A stretch of 64,000 nt of DNA. Origin: a virus (lineage: Duplodnaviria > Heunggongvirae > Uroviricota > Caudoviricetes). The stretch lies in IMG/VR virus record IMGVR_UViG_3300011008_000007; one strand, 5' to 3'. The notes under the pieces were generated by a model. It ran no database searches. It was not told where the DNA came from and saw only the letters and a program-made list of their open reading frames with translations. Below, piece after piece: positions 50,059 to 59,354 of the stretch (the first letter of the stretch is position 1; each line of letters begins with the position of its first letter). A program made the translations under genes and the position numbers.

Positions 50059-51118
50059 CGTCTTTTTCTACTTTCACAGGATAGTGAATAATTCCATTGT
50101 TTCTCTTATGTAAATTATCAATTATTTTTTCGCCACACACATCCCAAACAAATTGTTTTGATTTCTCGGACTTATAACACATATCAATCAAGATGTTGCA
50201 AAGCTCATCTTCATTTGGACAAATTTCCTCGCAATTTCTTCTGAACCAATTAATTAAAACTTGTTTTTGCTGATTGGAATCAAAGGAGTCTATTCTTTCA
50301 TTTCTACTCTTTGCTTGATAAGCGTCCAATTTATTTTTGTATTCTTGATATATTTGTAAGAGCAAATTATATGTTTTGTTGTTATACCCCCCATTTGATT
50401 TCAAGATGGTATAATCGAATTTGGGTTGAGTGTATTTTTTTGATAAATAACCATCGAATATATTTTCAAAAATCCAGCAAATTCTATTGACAACGCAAGC
50501 GCTATTGCCAACAGGAATAAATCTTTCATAATAATCCAAAAAGACTTCCATATCCTTTGTTTTTGGTTCATACTCATATAAATCTTGAATTGAAGAAATG
50601 CCATATTCCTCAAACATTATGTTGGCGGAATTATTACTATTGGTTAAATAAGTATTATTCTTCTTTCTAAGGTTTGGATAAACATAGGTCATAAAATAAG
50701 GTTTATTGGCGGCAGAAATACTTCTATTAAATGATTTGAGTTCTATTTCTTCTTTACTGTCATTTTCATTTGCTATGTTATCTCGAATGCTGAACCAATT
50801 TTCCGGCATAGGCTTGGCAATAATGCCCTTCGCGCGGTCTATCGTGTTCTGCTGGAACAATTGTCCACACATTATTCTATACTGTAAAGTTTTATATTCT
50901 TCTGAATCTTTATCGAAATTTTCTATAACCTCAAACATACTTGTGACGTGATTAGTTACCGTTCCAATGTCATCATTGAACGCTAACTTGTTTGCGGCAA
51001 TTATATCTTCCTCGGTTGGAATTATCTTGTCCGCTCTTTTTTGCATACACATAATAGTAGGGGAGTTCTGTGTATTTTTTGAAATTATTGGATTATCTGT
51101 ACACATATTTGTGTCGCC
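49985..51118 (-). CDS. YonO-like single-subunit RNA polymerase, exon 3 (377 aa)
   Basis: Begins GDTNMCTDN, completing the DKD|GD motif after splicing. Confidence 0.85.
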   Translation of the reverse strand, partial: GDTNMCTDNPIISKNTQNSPTIMCMQKRADKIIPTEEDIIAANKLAFNDDIGTVTNHVTSMFEVIENFDKDSEEYKTLQYRIMCGQLFQQNTIDRAKGIIAKPMPENWFSIRDNIANENDSKEEIELKSFNRSISAANKPYFMTYVYPNLRKKNNTYLTNSNNSANIMFEEYGISSIQDLYEYEPKTKDMEVFLDYYERFIPVGNSACVVNRICWIFENIFDGYLSKKYTQPKFDYTILKSNGGYNNKTYNLLLQIYQEYKNKLDAYQAKSRNERIDSFDSNQQKQVLINWFRRNCEEICPNEDELCNILIDMCYKSEKSKQFVWDVCGEKIIDNLHKRNNGIIHYPVKVEKDGDFEYCGENFKMCKKAIGDSDDYT

Positions 51119-52151
51119 CATTTATACCCTCGGTTTCCCGATATTTAATGAGGGATTAGACTATATCTTCAAATATTATTCTATTACCAAATAATATTTG
51201 CTTGGCACTTCCACTTATGGAATTTCACCATAAATGTACTCTACTCGCTTCTTCACATAAAGTTTTCTTTTATGTTATGCTTTCGATAGTCGTTGCACCC
51301 ATATTAGTGGGCACAGAATTAGCTTGTGTGTGTATATTTTTAATGAATTGGAGCAAACTCTCCAAAATATTGTTTTTCAGCTAAAAGCCTTGAATTTATT
51401 GCATCTGTCTTGTTATTAAAACGTCCTAAGTAAATACGTTTATTATTGCAATTAATATATGAAATCCATTTATTTGATTTTTTATCAAAATGTACCCCAT
51501 TATAACCACTCATATTATTTGAGTAAAGCCCCTTGTTCTTTACATTATCTCTTTGAGTGCATTTCCTCATATTGCTTCTTCTGCAATCTTTTGGATTTCT
51601 ATTTATATGGTCAATAATAGTTCCTTCATTGACACCCATTATATATTGATGCAGGGCTACTCGCTTCTTAGTTGTGGTATTATATCCATAAATATATCCT
51701 TTTTCATTTTCGTACCAGCATATATCCTTAATTTTATCAACGTCATCCAAATCCACATAAAACTCACTTGAAGTATTATGTGTTAAAAAGATAGCAACGT
51801 TGTCTTTTATTGTATATTGGTTGTGGTAGTGTTCAAAAGGTATTGAATTTTTATGGGCAATTTTTAAATAACACGACTTACACATTTTTGCACCATTTTT
51901 CAATTTGTACATATCTTTATCTATAATCGTTCCGCAGTCACATCGGCATTTTAATCTTTTATGGTGTTTGCCAGACGAGTCGATGCGGTCAGACGCATTA
52001 TCAATAATTGTCCAATTCCCGAATCTATCTCCGATTTGTATTTTTTATCACCGCTTATTTATTTTACACACATTTAGCCGTTCTCTGTTAGCATATTTCT
52101 ATACACCCAACATTTGTTGGTTCACCAAGTTTTACAAGGACAGGTTTGTTC
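51119..52151 (-). mobile_element. Group I intron 2 (1033 nt) with HNH homing endonuclease
   Basis: P1 AAGGAU/GUCCUU with terminal U.G; R-like CAACGACUA and S-like AAGAUAUAGUCU; terminal G; in-frame junction. Confidence 0.9.
51340..51912 (-). CDS. HNH-AP2 homing endonuclease (frame open upstream to 52041)
   Basis: IDHINRNPKDCRRSNMR (HNH) and GVHFDKKSNKW...YLGRF (AP2); lies inside intron 2. Confidence 0.9.
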   Translation of the reverse strand: MYKLKNGAKMCKSCYLKIAHKNSIPFEHYHNQYTIKDNVAIFLTHNTSSEFYVDLDDVDKIKDICWYENEKGYIYGYNTTTKKRVALHQYIMGVNEGTIIDHINRNPKDCRRSNMRKCTQRDNVKNKGLYSNNMSGYNGVHFDKKSNKWISYINCNNKRIYLGRFNNKTDAINSRLLAEKQYFGEFAPIH

Positions 52152-52286
52152 ATCCTTGTCAGCCCCGTTCATTGCATCGCAGGCTGTGTCCCACGCATTA
52201 TAAACTAAAGCTGATTTTATATATTGATACCAATAATTTGTTTGTTCATTTGGTTGAAGTTTCATTTTACGAATATTGTTATGACA
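52152..52286 (-). CDS. YonO-like RNA polymerase, exon 2 (45 aa)
   Basis: CHNNIRKMKLQPNEQTNYWYQYIKSALVYNAWDTACDAMNGADKD; exactly 135 nt; missed by the ORF track. Confidence 0.9.
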
Positions 52287-52562
52287 CATTATCTTAAACA
52301 AATCACGCTACCGATTTGTTAGGGATTAACCCTCTCTTGCTTTCGCAAGAAGTTGAGACTATATCTTCATCCGTAAGGATGCCTACCGCTTCCACCATCA
52401 ATCGCTTATGGTGTACTCTACTCGCTTCCGAATTATATTCGTGCTTTCGATAGTCGTTGAACCTTACCCGTTAGGGTCTTGGCTGCTGATTATCCCGTAG
52501 GACTTCCCAGCAATTCAATAGGAGTTGCCCCATATATTCCTATATAGGCGACCTGTCATTCA
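52287..52562 (-). mobile_element. Group I intron 1 (276 nt, no ORF)
   Basis: P GAAUUGCUGGGA, Q AAUCAGCAG, R GUUCAACGACUA, S AAGAUAUAGUCU; exon ends in U, intron ends in G. Confidence 0.92.
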
Positions 52563-54068
52563 AGTCATTGGCGCGCGAAAACAAGTAATTTCGTCCGCTC
52601 CCTTATCAATCCAATATTTGTGATACACTTCACCACTTTTTAATAATCCAGTAACCTCTAAACCAAACATACTTTGACATAGGGCATAGGGGTCGCCCGA
52701 AATCATCGCAAAATTAGCATTAACCTTAATTGCCCCGCGTTTTGCCATTTCAATTCTCTTGGAAATCATATTCCAAATTTTGCGCCGCACATACGGGTCA
52801 TTAATCATTCGCTCATCTGCCATAAGTGCCCGAACACAAAAATCATAGTTGTCGTTAAGAACATTCTCGTCTGTTATTCCAAATCCAGCCATAAATACGA
52901 GGCTCCTACGATAATCCATTCCTAATACACCGGCAATTTCATCAATCGTAGGTTGACACAATTCTTGAAGCTCGCTATCCGTAAATTGATAACTTTGCAA
53001 AAACTGATAATTCGTATTCCTAACATTTTCAAGTTCGTCGGGAGTAATTTTAGGTGTTGAGAATTGATAGTGGTTTTCTTGGCAATTTGCGTAGTAGTCT
53101 TCCCAGCTATCATAACACTCCCACAACTTCAACATAGACTCCGTTAAAATTACATCTGCTTCACGAATATCTCTTTTGTCGCCCCACACATCCTCAATCT
53201 CGTATGTGCCGGCGATTTTCTCGGCAAACTCCACAAAGTCAAAAGTATAAACCATACCTTTAGTCCAAGCATACCGTGTATTCATTCCTGATAACGGTTC
53301 GTCTGAACCAGTAAGATATTGATTAACCTTGCGAGAATATGAGGGGAGCATTAAACCATATCCATCAGAATCATTGTGTTCTATCTCGAATCCATCCTCA
53401 TATGTAAGAATAGGTTCTCCGTCCGTTTCATCGTTTATAAGGATAACATTATCTTTGAAGTGGGTTATGCAGTCTTTTATAACTATAAACCCTCGTGGTT
53501 CAGGGATGGGGGTTGAACCAGAACAGATAAGGGCTTGATATGCCTCTAATTTTGCCGGCACCAAAGGAACGTTCTTGTTACGCCCGTTGTCGAGCCTCTT
53601 TTTCAGCTCAGGATAAAGTAGTTCATTTACATAAACAATTGTAGAGTTCTTTATTCCGCCGTTCGTTCCAAGGAAGCGCCTGTACTTTATTCCGTTTATT
53701 GAAAATCCGCAATTTGCTCGGTCATAGTCTTTATTGCTATCCATAATGACGCATACATAGTCTTTTTGAAATTGAAGCTCATAAAGTTTATTGTATAAGG
53801 CTTTAACTTCTGCTTTGGTTTCTCTTGATTTTGGTTTACGCTTTGTATATTTGATTTTCTTTTGTATGGATTTTATTTCCTCGTCTATGCCGCAAACTCC
53901 GTTAAGTTCATCTATGAACCTTAGCAGTTGACTATCGTTCAATGAAACAATGTTGTCGGGATAATCACTCATTGCAACATTAAGAGGAAGAGTTAAGTTC
54001 CACTTGGCTTTTTTAAGCTGCTTGCTATGGATTTTATAAATTAACTTCAAGCAACTTTTTTGTTCCAT
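52563..54068 (-). CDS. YonO-like single-subunit RNA polymerase, exon 1 (502 aa)
   Basis: Ends CFRAPMT and splices to CHNN; the spliced 924-aa product has the two-barrel polymerase DxDGD motif. Confidence 0.85.
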
Positions 54069-54204
54069 TTATATTACCTTCTTTCGCGCGCTCATAAATA
54101 CCTCTCACTTGCCCTCTGTTGTATTTTTATATGTAGGAATATCTCGATATGGACAACCAATAAAAAACATAAGAAGAGCCAAAAGAAAGAATAATAAGCA
54201 CGTC

Positions 54205-54588
54205 CTAAAGTTTTTGTGTTAGGTTTATTAAAGAAACGCAAAAACACTCATCCTCCGGCAAGTAAGTAACCGCAAGATTGTCGTGTTCGTATTTAAGTAG
54301 CTCTTTAATTTGATATATATAGTAACAGTAGTCAACTTCACCCTGGCGAATAGTGTTCAGAATGCTATTTATAAACTCGCAATATCTTGTCCATTGGGTT
54401 TCCTCTTGAAAAGAAACTTTAGTACCATTCACAAGGCAATAAGACTTAGGAAGCTCCATTCTTCTTTTGCCGCTTGGTGAAACCAAATACTTTAATACTT
54501 TAAATGCTTCCTGCCACTCGTCATCAGTTGTGCCACTTGGCAAACCTTTTGCGGCGGCGCCCATTTGTTGTAGTTCTTCTAATTTCAT
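54205..54588 (-). CDS. Hypothetical protein, first gene of the RNAP operon
   Basis: 127-aa ORF after the promoter and RBS AGAAGGA. Confidence 0.6.
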   Translation of the reverse strand: MKLEELQQMGAAAKGLPSGTTDDEWQEAFKVLKYLVSPSGKRRMELPKSYCLVNGTKVSFQEETQWTRYCEFINSILNTIRQGEVDYCYYIYQIKELLKYEHDNLAVTYLPEDECFCVSLINLTQKL

Positions 54589-54653
54589 ATCCTTCTCACA
54601 TCAACTAACATAAAATAAGAAACCAAAGAAGAAGCTCTTTGTTTTCTGATATT

Positions 54654-54682
54654 ATTATAGACGCGTTTTATAAACTTGTCAA
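54654..54682 (-). promoter_or_regulatory. sigma70 promoter driving the RNAP operon
   Basis: TTGACA-17 nt-TATAAT on the minus strand. Confidence 0.85.
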
Positions 54683-54728
54683 TAGTTTTTTAGGAAAGTT
54701 TATAAAAGTTTAACAAAAAAACTCCCTT

Positions 54729-55003
54729 ATATTAGCGTATATATAATATAAGCTAATATAAGTTATATATATTAATATAAGTATCTTATATAAGTAACTG
54801 ATATTAAAATAAGTACCTTATATTAGTAATTTATATTATATTAGTTTCTTATATAAGTTATATATATAATATAAGTAGTGTATATAAGTTAATTATATTA
54901 ATATAAGTTTCTTATATAAGTAACTGATATTAATATTAGTATTGTATATAAGTAACTTATATTAATATTAGTACCTTATATAAGGAAACTATTATTATAT
55001 AAG
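54729..55003. repeat. AT-rich array of 31-32-bp units (18 ATATWAG copies), iteron-like
   Basis: Copies at 54729, 54746, 54756, 54775, 54788, 54807 (variant AAATAAG), 54820, 54838, 54851, 54869, 54882, 54901, 54914, 54933, 54946, 54965, 54978, 54997. Confidence 0.85.
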
Positions 55004-55599
55004 TAAACTTTACTTACACAAATATATTTATCTTCTTATACTTATATAATAATAGTCACTCGACCTACTCAACGGTTTCGGACAGAAATGAGTTCAAATA
55101 CATAATTTTTTCTCCATAAATCACCCAATTTAATATCAGTTTTTAACCAATAATCTAATGGATTCAGAATCCGAAACCAAAGTTTTATTTACAAATTTGC
55201 CGGCACATACACAAATGTCCTTTAACCCATTAATATATTTTAGATTAGACTTTTAGCTCTGTTTTTGAGGGTTAAAGCCAAAAAACAAGTTTTTGGTCAT
55301 TCGCTGCATAATAAGCCAAATTTATTAGTCTTCGGATTTACCGAAAATTTATTCCGTAATTATCCTCTATTTTAGAGGGTTTTGTTATTTTAAAGGTCGT
55401 TTTCGAGAAAAAGATTAAAACCCTCAATAATAGGGAGTTATTGTGTATCGGGATATATTTTTCGGTAAAGTAGAGAAATAGGGTGTTATTGAGTAGGTGT
55501 GGATAGGGTGGGGGAGTGATTTTTGGATGAGAGTGAAGGGTTGCACACCGACTCCCGCGGAGCTACCGAACAAATGTTTGAAATGTAAATTACCCCCTA

Positions 55600-55940
55600 C
55601 TTTAGAGCTTTAAAGCGTTAAATTCCGAAATTGTGCAAAAGTCGGACTTTACCGAGTTAAAGCGATAAAGTGAATATAACGCTGATTTTATGCAAAAAGT
55701 GAATAAATATGCAGGATTTTAGCGTAGTAAAGCATTGAAGTATTTTCGGAGAATTGTTCACATTTCACAGTCCAATAAATCGGACTTTCCTCCCTCACAG
55801 TCCAATTAATCGTACTCTGCTTTACCATATTAAAGCACTAAAGCGTTTTTTAGCTCCTGGCGTACCATAAAACAATTTACTACTTTAAAACGCTAAAGTG
55901 ATTTTGCAGCTCCGATATATAAGACTTTAGCATATTAAAG
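55600..55940. repeat. Six dispersed CTTTA-N6-TAAAG palindromes
   Basis: Starts at 55600, 55647, 55717, 55820, 55875, 55925; the spacer is always 6 nt. Confidence 0.8.
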
Positions 55941-56125
55941 CATTTATTTATTTTAATTATTGAATATAATATATAATACTTATATAGCGCAAAAATTTAA
56001 TTCTTAAAAAGAATATATCACATTAAACCGGTTATTTTATAAAACTTTTTAATTCCTGGAATCCGCATCAAATCTGACTTTTTTATATTTCAGTAAATTT
56101 TTTTAAAAAAAATTTGCAAAAAGTA

Positions 56126-56154
56126 TTGACAATTTAAAAACACTATGCTATATT
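56126..56154 (+). promoter_or_regulatory. Early sigma70 promoter 1
   Basis: TTGACA-17-TATATT, AT-rich UP region. Confidence 0.75.
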
Positions 56155-56237
56155 ATAAGCACAACAAAGGCAACGGCGCAAAACATAACGCCGTAAATCA
56201 AAACAAAAAACATTTTTAAAAAACTTTTAAAAAACAC

Positions 56238-56266
56238 TTGACAAACAAAAAATATTGTGATATAGT
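56238..56266 (+). promoter_or_regulatory. Early sigma70 promoter 2
   Basis: TTGACA-17-TATAGT with extended -10 TG. Confidence 0.85.
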
Positions 56267-56314
56267 AACATCACAATAAACCGAACAATAAAATTATTGC
56301 AGGGAGGCAATACT

Positions 56315-56659
56315 ATGGTAACTGATTATAAAATTATTCTGGGTTTATTAAATCAGGATGGGCGCGACGTTGTAGCGACTCCGGCGAAGGCAAAAGATAT
56401 TATTAAAAAAGTAATATTAAAACCTAATTATCAAATAGGCGGCGCGACTCTGACAGAGTGCGAAGGCGTTTATACTATGAACGACGGGCGCCAGGTGACA
56501 GAGCCCTCCATCCAGATTGATATTACAGTAAATACAGATTACGACGCGACGACTAAAGAACAAATATTATTATTTGCTAAAGATTTAAAGAATATGTTTA
56601 ATCAGGAATCAATATTCTTTTCATTTGTTGAAAATTCAAATAGTACATTGATATTTTAA
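56315..56659 (+). CDS. First early gene; DUF3574-like / candidate SAM lyase
   Basis: G.Y...G....E.S...A..LK..F.QES pattern; RBS GGGAGG before ATG 56315. Confidence 0.45.
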   Translation: MVTDYKIILGLLNQDGRDVVATPAKAKDIIKKVILKPNYQIGGATLTECEGVYTMNDGRQVTEPSIQIDITVNTDYDATTKEQILLFAKDLKNMFNQESIFFSFVENSNSTLIF

Positions 56660-56671
56660 GGAGGTTACACT

Positions 56672-56941
56672 ATGTATTATTATAATGGATTTAAAAGGCT
56701 GCGCGAACATAAAAGCGCGCAATGTGGAGTATATAACAACGGCGACGCCGTGGAGTTTTGGAGCTATTCCACTAAAGTTATAACAATTCTTTACAAGGCG
56801 GGCAAAAGGTTTATCGAATGTACCGGCACATATAGCCCGACGACTCGCCGCCAAATAGGCTGGTTTTTGCGTGAATACGCGCCGGACTTGAACTATTACG
56901 ACGTTAAAAATATTGTAGGGCGCGGCTCCGTTGCCTTATAA
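56672..56941 (+). CDS. Small early protein
   Basis: SYSTKV...YSPTTRRQI motif; RBS GGAGG. Confidence 0.65.
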   Translation: MYYYNGFKRLREHKSAQCGVYNNGDAVEFWSYSTKVITILYKAGKRFIECTGTYSPTTRRQIGWFLREYAPDLNYYDVKNIVGRGSVAL

Positions 56942-57011
56942 ACCTAACAATAAAACTATTGATAAAAATATTATAGCTGCGCTATCGGCTCGACGGGCGG
57001 GAGGTTTAATC

Positions 57012-57218
57012 ATGACTAAATACATATTAAATTATAGTTACGATGATGGCACATCCGACTCTGAATATTGTTTTGACGAGTACGACGCCCATGAGCGTTA
57101 TGATGAGCTTATATCTGAGCCAGGCATCGAGTGGGTAAAATTAGAGTCCGTGACGGTTTACGGCGGTATGATGTGCGACTCTGAGGTAATAAAAGAATAT
57201 GATATTTGTTACGCTTGA
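57012..57218 (+). CDS. Small acidic early protein
   Basis: RBS GGGAGG before MTKYILNY. Confidence 0.6.
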   Translation: MTKYILNYSYDDGTSDSEYCFDEYDAHERYDELISEPGIEWVKLESVTVYGGMMCDSEVIKEYDICYA

Positions 57219-57321
57219 ATACGCGGGCTATTACGCCCGTACCATCTCAAATAGTGAGCCTTGACGCGGCGGGATGGCTTTTTACCAATCACTATAAAAC
57301 AACTATAAAGGCGGTTATATT

Positions 57322-57672
57322 ATGAGAATAACAAAAAAGCAATTTATTGAGGAAATGACAAACGGTAAAGTTTGGTTTGCCGGAAGGACTCATGAGCTAT
57401 TACCAGAAAAAGAATGCGCATCGGCTATCTATGCACAAATGATAATTGAAAAAATGCAGCCCGAACTGCGCACCTATCGCGCCCGTTCTACCTTTTTGGA
57501 GTCGAATGAAGATACAAGATTATCTACGGTCGCCGGCAAGGGCATGGCAATAGAATTTTTTAAAAGATTTTATTCCGATATGGAGGTTTTAATCTCACGA
57601 CTTTATAACACTGATAATTATGAGGGTGCAAGGGATTTTATTTGCTACTACGTTAAAAAAGAATGGAATTAA
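57322..57672 (+). CDS. Hypothetical early protein
   Basis: ORF with RBS. Confidence 0.6.
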   Translation: MRITKKQFIEEMTNGKVWFAGRTHELLPEKECASAIYAQMIIEKMQPELRTYRARSTFLESNEDTRLSTVAGKGMAIEFFKRFYSDMEVLISRLYNTDNYEGARDFICYYVKKEWN

Positions 57673-57685
57673 AGGAGGTTACACT

Positions 57686-58264
57686 ATGTATTACTACGAC
57701 AAGGAAACAGCAATAAACAAAGTTAAAACGAGAATAAATAACTATAAAAAGTGCTTGGCACTAATTGAGGAATTGAAACCGGTTGTAAAACGTTTTGACG
57801 GCAAAATCTACAATGTAAAATTTGATAGAGCTTTGAAGGAAGTCTGCAACTATATCAATGTAGATTTTGAATATAGCAGCTTTGATATTAAAGTTTTAAC
57901 GTACATGAACGGAAACGGCGGCGGAAGGAATAGCGCAAAAGCTCCAGTTTGTATGAACGGAAGCGAATACTATTATTTGACATCAAGGCTCGGCACACGA
58001 GCGGGCGGATATGGAATCTGTCCTTTTGAGGAAACGGAAACGGGCAAGCGCCGAATTATAGCGGATAAAATCATTGAGGGGCTTGACTACCAGGCGGAAT
58101 ATTACAACAGAGTTATAACGGAAAATTCTGAGGGTTTAAAGCACATCGACGAGTACGCGGCAAAAGTTGCGGAAATAGAGCGCCGAGTTAAAGAGCTTGA
58201 AGAAATCCCGCATGACATCAAAAACTATTTTGATTGGAATTTGTACCTCAAAAACTATTATTAA
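57686..58264 (+). CDS. Hypothetical early protein
   Basis: RBS AAGGAGG before MYYYDKE. Confidence 0.65.
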   Translation: MYYYDKETAINKVKTRINNYKKCLALIEELKPVVKRFDGKIYNVKFDRALKEVCNYINVDFEYSSFDIKVLTYMNGNGGGRNSAKAPVCMNGSEYYYLTSRLGTRAGGYGICPFEETETGKRRIIADKIIEGLDYQAEYYNRVITENSEGLKHIDEYAAKVAEIERRVKELEEIPHDIKNYFDWNLYLKNYY

Positions 58265-58347
58265 TCAGAACGGAAAAATTGAAAAGAAAAGGGGTGGGGA
58301 CTTGCCACTACGCCGGAGCTTTTCCGGCGTAGCCACAAGCATCCAGC

Positions 58348-58671
58348 TTGGAGGGAAGGTATAAGAATATGGAAAAATTAAACAATACAACTATTGAGGA
58401 AATCAGATGGGCTGAGGCTAAACGCTGCCGGAAAACTATGCAGAAATTAGCTGAACGAAAAAAACAAGAGAAGGCAATACGCCGGAAAACTTGGGGCTTT
58501 AAGCTCCTGGGGCTTGCCTTAATAGCTATATCCCTTTGGCTTGCCTTTAGTGGAATCCTTATTGAGCCTAACGGAAAATTTGACGGGTTATATTTAATCA
58601 TAGCCATTCCCATCGGCTTGATTATGATATTCGCTGACAGCTCTAACTTATGGAAAAAATCACGGAGGTAA
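58348..58671 (+). CDS. Small membrane protein (two TM helices)
   Basis: Basic N-terminus followed by two hydrophobic segments. Confidence 0.6.
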   Translation: MEGRYKNMEKLNNTTIEEIRWAEAKRCRKTMQKLAERKKQEKAIRRKTWGFKLLGLALIAISLWLAFSGILIEPNGKFDGLYLIIAIPIGLIMIFADSSNLWKKSRR

Positions 58672-58674
58672 ACT

Positions 58675-59010
58675 ATGCACAAAAAAGCAATGCACAACGT
58701 AACAAGTGACTCGGAAAAAATACTCAGAAGAGCTATATTCAAAACGAGTTTGGCAATTAGCGGAAAAAATCAAGACTTTATTGTCTTTATCACGGCGGAC
58801 TCAAAACTGTCCGAAAGTGAGATGGATAAACTTATAAACCTGCGCGACGATATACGCAACGGAAAAATTAATCTCGGCGCATTTAAAGAGGAAGGCGACT
58901 ATTTTTATAACGATAACGGCGAAGAGGTCGCCATGTTAGCGGAAAAAATCGAGCTCAACAGAGTCGGTACAACTATTATTGAAATCTCAATGCTGCCGGA
59001 AAAATTCTGA
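58675..59010 (+). CDS. Hypothetical early protein
   Basis: RBS GGAGG. Confidence 0.6.
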   Translation: MHKKAMHNVTSDSEKILRRAIFKTSLAISGKNQDFIVFITADSKLSESEMDKLINLRDDIRNGKINLGAFKEEGDYFYNDNGEEVAMLAEKIELNRVGTTIIEISMLPEKF

Positions 59011-59096
59011 TAATGAGGTGGAAAATTTGATTAGCTTTTTTGTAGTAATTATTATCGGAATCGCGGCAATTTTCGCAAGATAAGGGGGCGGAAAAT

Positions 59097-59354
59097 ATGG
59101 CAAAAATACACAACGTAAATATTAAAGCATTCGCGGAAAAATTCCACAAGGAATATGATTTTCTTTACGAGCATAACGACAATGTAGCCGGCTACTCTGA
59201 GGCGGTAGAAGACTTTGACACCAGGATAAAAGCGTCGGAAAATTTTAATAACTTTGTGGGCGGTTTTGTGGATTATCGCGGCGACTTCATAAGCAGCGAC
59301 AGAGAAGCGGCGGCGTTTATGTTCACAATGGAATCCCTGGGACTGTTAGACTAA
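59097..59354 (+). CDS. Hypothetical early protein
   Basis: ORF with RBS. Confidence 0.6.
   Translation: MAKIHNVNIKAFAEKFHKEYDFLYEHNDNVAGYSEAVEDFDTRIKASENFNNFVGGFVDYRGDFISSDREAAAFMFTMESLGLLD

Noticed and set aside
51905-52297. 130-aa plus-strand ORF
   Set aside because: Antisense shadow of RNAP exon 2 and intron sequence
4042-54068. Stop-codon reassignment
   Set aside because: Very long ORFs are intact in the standard code, TAA/TGA/TAG all end genes, and no suppressor tRNA is present
54729-55003. CRISPR array
   Set aside because: No unique spacers; units are degenerate contiguous AT-rich repeats; no cas genes
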